Of a DNA stretch of 64,000 nucleotides, positions 1-7,420 are shown in pieces; within the stretch, counting starts at the first letter, position 1, and every line of letters starts with the position of its first letter. The notes beneath the pieces were generated by a model. The model searched no databases. It saw nothing but the letters and a program-made list of their open reading frames with translations, and was not told the origin of the DNA. A program made the position numbers and the translations under genes. The DNA lies in IMG/VR virus record IMGVR_UViG_3300042291_001013; one strand, given 5' to 3'. The DNA comes from a virus. Lineage: Duplodnaviria; Caudoviricetes.

Positions 1-286
1 GATCACTGTGTGCTTTTGACAGGTATCCAAAGATACCCATACTGGTCAGTATCATGAGAAACGCCACGGCCGGTATGAGATACACCTTAAAGGCCCAACC
101 AGCACGTTTCCAGTTGTTGTGCAACCATACTGTGGCTGCAATCTTGCCTAGTTCTAGGCTACCGCCCATGATGATAACCGGAATAGTGGCCGCACTAAAG
201 ATGGCCACCAATCCGGCTACTGAGTAATAAGCAGCCACCATGCTTAACAACAATGCGGTGGCGAGAATAGCAAATCCAAATATCAT
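1..286 (-). CDS. Conserved phage membrane protein (partial, runs off the left edge)
   Basis: Manual translation MIFGFAILATALLLSMVAAYYSVAGL...LTSMGIFGYLSKAHSD; several hydrophobic helices; TAAATA 7 nt upstream. Confidence 0.8.
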   Translation of the reverse strand, partial: MIFGFAILATALLLSMVAAYYSVAGLVAIFSAATIPVIIMGGSLELGKIAATVWLHNNWKRAGWAFKVYLIPAVAFLMILTSMGIFGYLSKAHSD

Positions 287-292
287 AGAATA

Positions 293-604
293 TTATTTAT
301 TTTGTGTTTTTAATACCCTTACTGCTAGTTTAACGGCGCACCAGGTAGCAAACTTTTCTTCAGGTACATCAAACCACACAGTCTCGGCTTTTTGAGTATA
401 CTTGTGTCGTTCCAAACGACGTTTGACATGGCTTTGACTGCGCCAGTCTTTATTATACAGTGTTCGAGCTTCACGCATCACAGTGTACCACTGTTGAGCG
501 TTGTCAAACTCAAACCAAATACGGTGCATGACCAAAGGCGTTAATTCAAGCGAGTCAATTGATTCAGGCATGCTCAACGCAGAGGCCTCGATGTTGACAG
601 TCAT
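293..604 (-). CDS. Hypothetical protein
   Basis: ORF track 293..694; likely start MTVNIE at 604, after AGAAAGG SD-like sequence. Confidence 0.7.
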   Translation of the reverse strand: MTVNIEASALSMPESIDSLELTPLVMHRIWFEFDNAQQWYTVMREARTLYNKDWRSQSHVKRRLERHKYTQKAETVWFDVPEEKFATWCAVKLAVRVLKTQNK

Positions 605-793
605 TACTAACCTTTCTAGATTTATCCTCTTGGCATACCCCCGGGGTACCAGCCCAGGTTTTAGCCTATTGCTAGGCCGAGGTCCTTGTCGCAACCTACG
701 GGATTTATGTTTATTGTGCCACGGAGCCAGACAGGCCTAGGTTATCGATTCACCCCGCCCGGCCTTTAAACGACCCAATCTCTTTGATCATGC
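605..793 (-). ncRNA. Candidate structured RNA or long 5' leader
   Basis: GC-rich non-coding stretch downstream of a perfect promoter; GCCTA-GCAA-TAGGC GNRA hairpin plus several long-range complementarities. Confidence 0.45.
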
Positions 794-799
794 ACTGTA

Positions 800-828
800 A
801 TTATAGCAGTGGAGACTGGAGTTGTCAA
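800..828 (-). promoter_or_regulatory. Perfect sigma70 promoter
   Basis: TTGACA-17 nt-TATAAT. Confidence 0.9.
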
Positions 829-852
829 TAACTTGTTTTGCCGTCTTGGGGG

Positions 853-1263
853 TTATTCACCGTTCCAGCTTTCGCCAGTGTCAGTGTTTGTGAGCTCTAA
901 AGGACCATAGAAGTGATACTCAGTATCGTCGCATGACCAGCCCAGGCCTTCCAGGCCATCAAAATAGTCTTCTTCCCAGGCGGCTTCAAGCTCTTGTTGT
1001 TCTTGTTTGGTCATGTCATCGGGATAAGTCCAATCCGCCCAGCACCCATCATCAAGACTGTCCAGTTCCCAGTCATAGTCAGTAAAGCCAAGCTCGTATC
1101 CGTCGGGATTTTTAAGATCAACGTCGGGACGATCTTCGCTTTCGCAATAGAATGCGCCCCAACGATAGCCTTCTTCACGAATGACTGTGCGCCCATCCTT
1201 GGTCCAAAATTGTCGTTCAACAGCGTTCTTTTTTTGGTAAGCTGACAGTTTCCAAGTAGCCAT
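853..1263 (-). CDS. Hypothetical acidic, Trp-rich protein
   Basis: 136-aa ORF tightly packed in the operon. Confidence 0.75.
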   Translation of the reverse strand: MATWKLSAYQKKNAVERQFWTKDGRTVIREEGYRWGAFYCESEDRPDVDLKNPDGYELGFTDYDWELDSLDDGCWADWTYPDDMTKQEQQELEAAWEEDYFDGLEGLGWSCDDTEYHFYGPLELTNTDTGESWNGE

Positions 1264-1265
1264 TT

Positions 1266-1949
1266 TTAATCTTTCTTGATGCCAAACAACTGTAACAAGT
1301 TGATAAACAGATTGATAAAGTCCATGTACAGTGTAAGTGCTCCGATAACTTCTTCTCGTCCGGTATCACTGTCTACACTAACTGCTTCGCGAATCTTTTG
1401 CGTATCGTATGCAGTTAATCCTAGAAAGATAATGATAGCTAACGCACTGATAACCATTTGCATAACAGTTGAGCCAATAAAGATGTTCACAACACTGGCA
1501 ATGATAATGGCAATCAGACCAATCATCATGAACTGTCCCATGCTGTCTAGACTGCGTTTGGTAAAGTATCCGTAAAAGCTCATGGTACCAAACAAGATGG
1601 CCGCACCCATGAACGCACTCACAATCGACCCCATGGTGAACACAGCAAATATTGTTGCCATGCTCAGACCCATTAACGCCGCAAAGCCATATAGGAACAA
1701 CTGTAGTTGACTCTTGTTGAAGTTTTCACTGGCAAACGCAAAGGCCAAGATTGCCAACAAGGGTGCAAAAATCACAATCCACTTGGTGACGCCTGTGAAA
1801 AAGAACTGTAGCAACTCTGGGCTGGTGCCCACAAAGTAGCTCACAATCATTGATACAACAACTGCCAGACTCATGTGTCCATACACACGGCCCATGGCTG
1901 AGTTAACTTGCTCTGCTGAGCGATAGGTGTTTAAAGTTTCGGTATACAT
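1266..1949 (-). CDS. Bax inhibitor-1/YccA family membrane protein
   Basis: About 7 TM helices; motifs AYDTQKI and GALTLYMDFINLFINLLQL; start MYTET at 1949. Confidence 0.9.
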   Translation of the reverse strand: MYTETLNTYRSAEQVNSAMGRVYGHMSLAVVVSMIVSYFVGTSPELLQFFFTGVTKWIVIFAPLLAILAFAFASENFNKSQLQLFLYGFAALMGLSMATIFAVFTMGSIVSAFMGAAILFGTMSFYGYFTKRSLDSMGQFMMIGLIAIIIASVVNIFIGSTVMQMVISALAIIIFLGLTAYDTQKIREAVSVDSDTGREEVIGALTLYMDFINLFINLLQLFGIKKD

Positions 1950-1953
1950 TATA

Positions 1954-2274
1954 TTAGTCATCCTTTTCCATAGAAAGCACTTCACGTACCAAGCCTACTA
2001 ATTCGTCTTCGGTGCCGCACATGATCTTGGCAGTTTTGTAGTCATTTTCTTCATCACGACCACTGACTTCGATCATGTATCCGTTGTCATAACGATAGAT
2101 GGTAAACGATTCGCTAACCTTAGTTAGCTTGTCGTTAAATTTATTTACACTAGCAGTTTTGGCTTTGGCCATGGGGTTCTCCTTTGAAAATTCAATACTG
2201 ATTTCGTCTAGCTGACGAATAAGCTCTTGTTCAGAGAGCTCTACTATGTTGTCTATTTGCTTTTTACGCGGCAT
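1954..2274 (-). CDS. Hypothetical protein
   Basis: ORF track; alternative start at 2172 with AAGGAG SD. Confidence 0.7.
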   Translation of the reverse strand: MPRKKQIDNIVELSEQELIRQLDEISIEFSKENPMAKAKTASVNKFNDKLTKVSESFTIYRYDNGYMIEVSGRDEENDYKTAKIMCGTEDELVGLVREVLSMEKDD

Positions 2275-2731
2275 TTGATTCCTTTTGTTTGGTCAATTCA
2301 CACACCATCAAAAACTTCTCGTAAGCATCACGCACACTTTCGTGTCTCATTAATTTATCTGCTTCGTCTTGCAGTGCTTTTAAGCCTGCGTCAGCAATAT
2401 CTCGAGCACAGTCAATCTGCAGGGTAGTTAGTCCTGTACCAAACTCTCGAGCCAATTTGTTCCAAGCTCGACGTTGACCTTCTGTGATAGGTGTTGATTG
2501 TGGACGTAGTTCGCTGGCTTTACGAATAGCATCGCACATGGCATCTTCGGCCACACGCCCAGCCGCAATCAACGCGGCATGGTTAGGTTCCACGTTAAAC
2601 CTACGGCTGGAGCCTCCCGGGTAACAGAGGACCAAGTGGGCACCTCGAGGGAAACTATCCAAAAGGTCATTATCATACTCAGCCACAGGCATATACCGAC
2701 GTCCAATTTTTTCATAGTAAATTTTCTTCAT
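2264..2731 (-). CDS. Hypothetical protein
   Basis: 155-aa ORF overlapping its neighbours in the operon. Confidence 0.75.
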   Translation of the reverse strand: MKKIYYEKIGRRYMPVAEYDNDLLDSFPRGAHLVLCYPGGSSRRFNVEPNHAALIAAGRVAEDAMCDAIRKASELRPQSTPITEGQRRAWNKLAREFGTGLTTLQIDCARDIADAGLKALQDEADKLMRHESVRDAYEKFLMVCELTKQKESNAA

Positions 2732-2948
2732 TTGTTTTTCCCAAGGTCATGGGTGCATGGTCAAGTGTTGCACCCATTTCGTCTTTGTACAAAAATGCAT
2801 CTTCGTCATCGATTACCACAGTTAAGTCACAGTGACGCAAATCATAGTCTGTGAAGTTGTGATCCGCATCGTACACCCGAAAGAAGTAAGAGCCGCCAAA
2901 ACTTTCAATAATGTGACCGCGTAGGCCTTTTGCTGGTTTAGGTGTCAT
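2712..2948 (-). CDS. Hypothetical protein
   Basis: 78-aa ORF with an ATGA overlap to the upstream gene. Confidence 0.65.
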   Translation of the reverse strand: MTPKPAKGLRGHIIESFGGSYFFRVYDADHNFTDYDLRHCDLTVVIDDEDAFLYKDEMGATLDHAPMTLGKTNEENLL

Positions 2949-3175
2949 CCGCCAAAATACTTTATAACTGTGTTCAATGCTTCAACCATGCGAGTGTTGA
3001 TTTCCACATCCTCGGGGTGCATCCACTTACCGCCAGGATTGGTATCTGTGCGCGGGTCCTTTTTCCACTCACTCAGCTCTTTCTTGAGATAGCTTCTTTG
3101 CTCTTTGAGATTGAGCACAGTGATTCGGTCAGCGGCTTCGCCGTCCAGGGTAATAGGTCCTACTCGGTTACTCAT
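2945..3175 (-). CDS. Hypothetical protein
   Basis: 76-aa ORF coupled to its neighbours. Confidence 0.7.
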   Translation of the reverse strand: MSNRVGPITLDGEAADRITVLNLKEQRSYLKKELSEWKKDPRTDTNPGGKWMHPEDVEINTRMVEALNTVIKYFGG

Positions 3176-3599
3176 TATGTGCTTTCAAGGGTGTGCCTTT
3201 GAGGCCAGAAATCATTTGGAATTTGTCCCAAGCGTCTTTAACTGTTGGAGAGTTTTCTAACTCGTCGTCGGCTACTATTGTTTCAAGCCAGTAGTAGGGC
3301 AGTCGGGAAGGCCGTGCGCCAAACTTACGGGGCTGGTGCAGTTTGCCGCTGTCATAGAGTTTAATACTAACGTCTCGAAACTTGGCTTCGTCTTCAACAG
3401 GATAGTCCATCCATTCTGGGTTACTAAAGGGATTGCCAAAAGTTTGGCCGCCGCCGTATCCAGACCAGATACCGGCCCACTGCTCGTCATCACGTGGGTC
3501 AAAATCTGTACGAGTGATTAACACTAGCACATCATTGATGTCTACCTTGCTATCCACAATGTCTCTAATGCAACGGCTGTAACTGAGTCCAACTTTCAT
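3168..3599 (-). CDS. Hypothetical protein
   Basis: 143-aa ORF with an ATGA overlap to the ligase stop. Confidence 0.75.
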   Translation of the reverse strand: MKVGLSYSRCIRDIVDSKVDINDVLVLITRTDFDPRDDEQWAGIWSGYGGGQTFGNPFSNPEWMDYPVEDEAKFRDVSIKLYDSGKLHQPRKFGARPSRLPYYWLETIVADDELENSPTVKDAWDKFQMISGLKGTPLKAHNE

Positions 3600-4969
3600 A
3601 CCTTTTCTCCTGCGTCAAAGTCACGGAATCTCAAGAACCTGGGGAATCGGAGTGAGTAGGTTCCGTCTTGGTTTTGGGTAACTGCGTCCGCTTGGACTTC
3701 AACCAAGTGACCAAGTAAGTGATCCCTATTGGTCCAATACTCATCACGAAGAGCATCGCTAAAGCCAGTACCAACATTAACATAAATTCTACGGTCATTG
3801 TCATCTCCTTCACAAATTATAGCACCCAACCGGCCTGCATTGCGACCAGTTCCTTCTTCAAAACCCACAATGTTCAAATCAACACTAATGGTGGGTTTCC
3901 ATTTCATCCACGAGTCTGAACGTTTACACTCGTACGGTGCATCCAGGCTCTTGATCATGATGCCTTCAAAGCCTTCGGCAACACAATCCTGTGCATACCG
4001 ATTCATGATGTCATGTCCTTCAGCTGTGTCCAAGTCCACATCCAGGCCGTTCATGATACGCAAACAATCAGTGTCCATCAACTGTGTTTTGGCACTGTCA
4101 ATCCATTCAATTCTTTTGTACTGTTGCAAGTTGCAGTGGCCTTCTTTGAGGGCATCCAAGGGCAAGATGTCAAAAATATGATACACCATGTTATCAGTTT
4201 TGGCATCGCTTTTACGATGTGCTTGCTTCATGAGTTTCTGAAAACTCTCGCCCACAATCTCACCGTCTAACACAAAGTGACCACCTGTACCGCGACCCCA
4301 CTGGAATGCCTTGCGATTATCTAAAATAGCTTCTGCAATCTGCGGGAAGTTTTCAAACTCCTTGCCATTTCGACTAAACAGTGTACAAGCATCACCTGAA
4401 ACCACAGCCAATACACGTACCCCATCCAGTTTACATTCCAGGCGTTTGATACCTCGGAGCTTTTTGGGCTGGTCTGTTGAATCCTGTGCTAACTGGCATG
4501 AGAACACTGGAATCCGGTATTCAGTCTTGCCCACAACCTTGTTAATGGTCTTTTCGGACACACCGCATCGCAAATCCTTGATCAGCACACGTCGAGCCAG
4601 GTTGTTCCATTCATCACTGTCAAACTCATCAGCACATTCTTGAATGGCGTCACGTGCGCGATGTCCACTAATACCTCGTGTGCGCAGGTCTTCTAGCAAG
4701 GCCCAAAAACGCGGCCAAGGATTATCGCGCCCGGTTAAGTCTGTAGTTTCAGGAACTTGCCGAACGTTGAACGCATAAAAAGGATTGTAGGCTTGGTAGC
4801 AGTTAAACAAAAAACACTGTGCATCGGCACTGCCCAACCTGGCCGCCATCAGAGCTTTTTCAATAACTTTCTCCTTGTGTATGCGGCTGTCCGAACTTTC
4901 TAGATCACGAATCCAGCCTGCCGCCATTACACCGCCAAATCTTTCGTTTGAGAAATCAGTTTCATTCAT
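3596..4969 (-). CDS. lig: ATP-dependent DNA ligase
   Basis: Ligase motifs ECKLDGVR (adenylated Lys), LDGE, EGIMIK, WMKWK; C-terminal OB-fold SLRFPRF. Confidence 0.95.
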   Translation of the reverse strand: MNETDFSNERFGGVMAAGWIRDLESSDSRIHKEKVIEKALMAARLGSADAQCFLFNCYQAYNPFYAFNVRQVPETTDLTGRDNPWPRFWALLEDLRTRGISGHRARDAIQECADEFDSDEWNNLARRVLIKDLRCGVSEKTINKVVGKTEYRIPVFSCQLAQDSTDQPKKLRGIKRLECKLDGVRVLAVVSGDACTLFSRNGKEFENFPQIAEAILDNRKAFQWGRGTGGHFVLDGEIVGESFQKLMKQAHRKSDAKTDNMVYHIFDILPLDALKEGHCNLQQYKRIEWIDSAKTQLMDTDCLRIMNGLDVDLDTAEGHDIMNRYAQDCVAEGFEGIMIKSLDAPYECKRSDSWMKWKPTISVDLNIVGFEEGTGRNAGRLGAIICEGDDNDRRIYVNVGTGFSDALRDEYWTNRDHLLGHLVEVQADAVTQNQDGTYSLRFPRFLRFRDFDAGEKV

Positions 4970-4981
4970 ATACTTAATGCC

Positions 4982-5425
4982 TTACCATGATGAGTTATAA
5001 AACACTTTTAAGCCCATGAACATCTCGGCACGGGCATTTTTAATGAACTCAAGATCCTGACTGTAATAGTGTTGATCTGAGTCATTGCCAAAAAAGAATC
5101 CTGCTGTTGCGGGCAGTTTGTGCTTTTTGACTGCCTTCTCTAGCTCGTCAAGATCTTCAGCACCGAGTTCTAGTTCAATACCATTGAAACTACTACCCCA
5201 CTCACTTTCAGGAATGTCGCGATTGGTATCATGCATTTTGCGTTTCCACAAACTTTCCATCCAACCATGCAGGTTAGGATGCTTGCGCCAGTAAGCAATT
5301 TCTCGTGGCTTGTTTACTTTTTTGTTTACATAATCACGAGTGGCTTCGTCAAACTCGGCACCGTCGTAGTAGTCTGATTGCTGTCCAGCACGGGCGGCCA
5401 CATAAGCATACATATCAAGACCCAC
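4982..5425 (-). CDS. Conserved phage hypothetical protein
   Basis: GTG start (VGLDMY) after AAGGAG; IAYWRKHPNLHGWM motif. Confidence 0.75.
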   Translation of the reverse strand: MGLDMYAYVAARAGQQSDYYDGAEFDEATRDYVNKKVNKPREIAYWRKHPNLHGWMESLWKRKMHDTNRDIPESEWGSSFNGIELELGAEDLDELEKAVKKHKLPATAGFFFGNDSDQHYYSQDLEFIKNARAEMFMGLKVFYNSSW

Positions 5426-5579
5426 GACCAACTCCTTTTTGATACTGGTACTCACGTTTGAGCCACCAGCGATAACGTTGAAAATATTCTTGCATGGTAT
5501 ATCGCGGTTCGCTGTATGCATCATGCTCTTCGCAGTTCTGCCGCCACAACTCTTCTAGCCATTTGCGAAAGGGCTTCAT
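5415..5579 (-). CDS. Small hypothetical protein (54 aa), not in ORF track
   Basis: Manual translation MKPFRKWLEELWRQNCEEHDAYSEPRYTMQEYFQRYRWWLKREYQYQKGVGRGS; overlaps both neighbours. Confidence 0.7.
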   Translation of the reverse strand: MKPFRKWLEELWRQNCEEHDAYSEPRYTMQEYFQRYRWWLKREYQYQKGVGRGS

Positions 5580-5860
5580 GCGGCCTCCAGCATGTTGGCT
5601 GGCACGTTGAACAAGCCACCGTTGGTCTTGACAAGAACATATTTGATCTTGACTTTGTTCACAGTGCCAATGTATGTTAGGCCGTTGCGATTGCTGGTAA
5701 ACTTTACAGAGTCTCCTGCCTGGAAGGCACGTTTATTTTGCTTGGCCAAGCCGGCTCGTGCAAACTTCACTGCCGAAATAACACTTTCAAGTTCAACGTT
5801 AGAAAGATTACCAAACATGATTGCAGAATTGATCTGCTGGATTGTGCTAAGTTGTTCCAT
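5576..5860 (-). CDS. Early hypothetical protein with SH3/KOW-like C-terminus
   Basis: Start MEQLS after AAGGAGCC; C-terminal FQAGDSVKF...GTVNKVKIKYVLV. Confidence 0.75.
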   Translation of the reverse strand: MEQLSTIQQINSAIMFGNLSNVELESVISAVKFARAGLAKQNKRAFQAGDSVKFTSNRNGLTYIGTVNKVKIKYVLVKTNGGLFNVPANMLEAA

Positions 5861-5888
5861 CTGGGGCTCCTTTGTTGCGTATGTGTAT

Positions 5889-5917
5889 ATTGTACACTCA
5901 AACAGTTTTACCGTCAA
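5889..5917 (-). promoter_or_regulatory. Early sigma70 promoter
   Basis: TTGACG-17-TACAAT. Confidence 0.75.
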
Positions 5918-6287
5918 CCAATCTACGGATGCGGTGGGCCATGTCGTCGGGTGTGTCGCCTTTGCCTGTCAGCATGTAGGCACCGTACTCCACCATGTCT
6001 GCCTGCTTGAACTCCAGGTCAATGCCCAAGTTCTTGAACACAACGTTAACCTGCTTCAGGGTCTCTTCTACTGTCTTATGCACAATCTCTAGATGATCAT
6101 TGTCGATCTCGTCCTCATCGTATCCAACTTCGTCTGTTAGCACTTTGGTAAAGGACATTTCGTCGTCCATAATGCAGAACTTGCCAAACGCCTTGTTCAG
6201 GGCGTCGTCGCCAAAGTCCTCAATGCCCTCACCAATGTCGTTGGTGTCGATATCGTTAAGGTGTTGTTGTTTAGAAAATGTACGCAT
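5898..6287 (-). CDS. Early acidic hypothetical protein
   Basis: Own promoter and AAGGAGCC SD. Confidence 0.8.
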   Translation of the reverse strand: MRTFSKQQHLNDIDTNDIGEGIEDFGDDALNKAFGKFCIMDDEMSFTKVLTDEVGYDEDEIDNDHLEIVHKTVEETLKQVNVVFKNLGIDLEFKQADMVEYGAYMLTGKGDTPDDMAHRIRRLVDGKTV

Positions 6288-6317
6288 TTCTGGCTCCTTT
6301 TTGTTAAACTATGCTAT

Positions 6318-6346
6318 ATTATAGCAGTTTGGGAATTATTGGTCAA
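6318..6346 (-). promoter_or_regulatory. Early sigma70 promoter
   Basis: TTGACC-17-TATAAT. Confidence 0.85.
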
Positions 6347-6355
6347 CCGCGTGGA

Positions 6356-6634
6356 TCACATGCTCCAGTAAGTTTCGCTAGCCGGGTTGCAACACCAAGG
6401 AGTGTCAGCATCAATTTCCACAGGCTTGCCGCTCATCAAATTCTTTACAGTGATCCGGGGTGCAGTATAGGTTGCACGAGCCACAATGTTCAGTTGACTT
6501 TCGTTCCAACCTGCTTTGTTGCAAAGACGGGTACGAGTTGCCTTAGCGGCACCAAAAGTTTTGTATGCACGGGTTTTATTGGGACCGTCTGTAACAATAA
6601 GACCTGTACCTTTTGCGACAATTACGTAACTCAT
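6356..6634 (-). CDS. Early hypothetical protein
   Basis: Start MSYVIV after AGGAGCC; own promoter. Confidence 0.75.
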   Translation of the reverse strand: MSYVIVAKGTGLIVTDGPNKTRAYKTFGAAKATRTRLCNKAGWNESQLNIVARATYTAPRITVKNLMSGKPVEIDADTPWCCNPASETYWSM

Positions 6635-6664
6635 TTGTGGCTCCTGTTTGCTGTTTATGTGTAT

Positions 6665-6693
6665 ATTATAGCATTTTGGGATATTTTGGTCAA
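6665..6693 (-). promoter_or_regulatory. Early sigma70 promoter
   Basis: TTGACC-17-TATAAT. Confidence 0.85.
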
Positions 6694-6699
6694 CCAAAG

Positions 6700-6726
6700 A
6701 AAAACCCTGCAAATTGCAGGGTTTTT
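6700..6726. terminator. Intrinsic terminator (potentially bidirectional)
   Basis: AAAAACCCTGC-AAATT-GCAGGGTTTTT. Confidence 0.85.
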
Positions 6727-6773
6727 GTAGTACTAAAGTATTACCTTTAGAATGTTGCGTTTTTACAACACTA

Positions 6774-7319
6774 TTAGAAAGCGCGAGTGTATGACAACGC
6801 CATATTTTTCTGGTCACTGTCGCCATTTACACGATCATAGGCCAATGTGATGCTGTCTTTCTTGGACAGAGCATAGCTCAAAGAAGTACGCACCGCACGA
6901 GTTTGGTCTGCAAAAGCCGTGTTGTCAAAGGCATCGCGGAAACGATATCCCAAGCTGGCAGTGAATGGACCAACTGGTACTCGTACGCCTGGCTCCACAC
7001 TGTAGTAATTCCAATCAGTGCTGGTAGTAAATCTACGACCAACAGCCGTACGCACATAACCGGTCACAGGGCCAAGAGGAGCAGTAGCAGTAAGGCCACC
7101 TTCCAAACGTCCGCCTACTGAGTTACTATTTTCAGTGTGTACAGTGTGTGATACTGCATCAATAGTCAGTGACTTGTTGATGGGTGCTCGCACTGCTAGG
7201 CTGTACATCTTTTGATCATTGCCAGTGGCGTTGTCAATATCAGTATAACCCAAAGTCACGCTTTGTGCAAATGCTGAACCAGTTAGGGCCAAGGCCAGGA
7301 TAGCAAAAAATTTCTTCAT
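6774..7319 (-). CDS. Outer-membrane beta-barrel protein
   Basis: Signal peptide MKKFFAILALALTGSAFA; alternating amphipathic strands; C-terminal Phe (YTRAF) BAM signal; AAGGAG SD. Confidence 0.8.
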   Translation of the reverse strand: MKKFFAILALALTGSAFAQSVTLGYTDIDNATGNDQKMYSLAVRAPINKSLTIDAVSHTVHTENSNSVGGRLEGGLTATAPLGPVTGYVRTAVGRRFTTSTDWNYYSVEPGVRVPVGPFTASLGYRFRDAFDNTAFADQTRAVRTSLSYALSKKDSITLAYDRVNGDSDQKNMALSYTRAF

Positions 7320-7346
7320 AATTTCTCCTTTAATGTGAAGTAAGTT

Positions 7347-7395
7347 AGTATAACAGTTGCGTGTTGACATGTCAACTGTCATAGAATAATATTTA
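7347..7395 (-). promoter_or_regulatory. sigma70 promoter with palindromic -35 region, plus upstream TAAATA
   Basis: TTGACA-17-TATACT; GTTGACATGTCAAC palindrome at 7363-7376; TAAATA at 7390-7395. Confidence 0.65.
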
Positions 7396-7420
7396 CCGTG
7401 GAAACTGCAATACGGCAAAA

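Noticed and set aside
605-793. HDV-like (theta) ribozyme reading of the structured leader
   Set aside because: GGCTAA after a P4-like hairpin and a G-U-opened 7-bp helix are suggestive, but no P3/L3 with the CC needed for P1.1 fits the required order.
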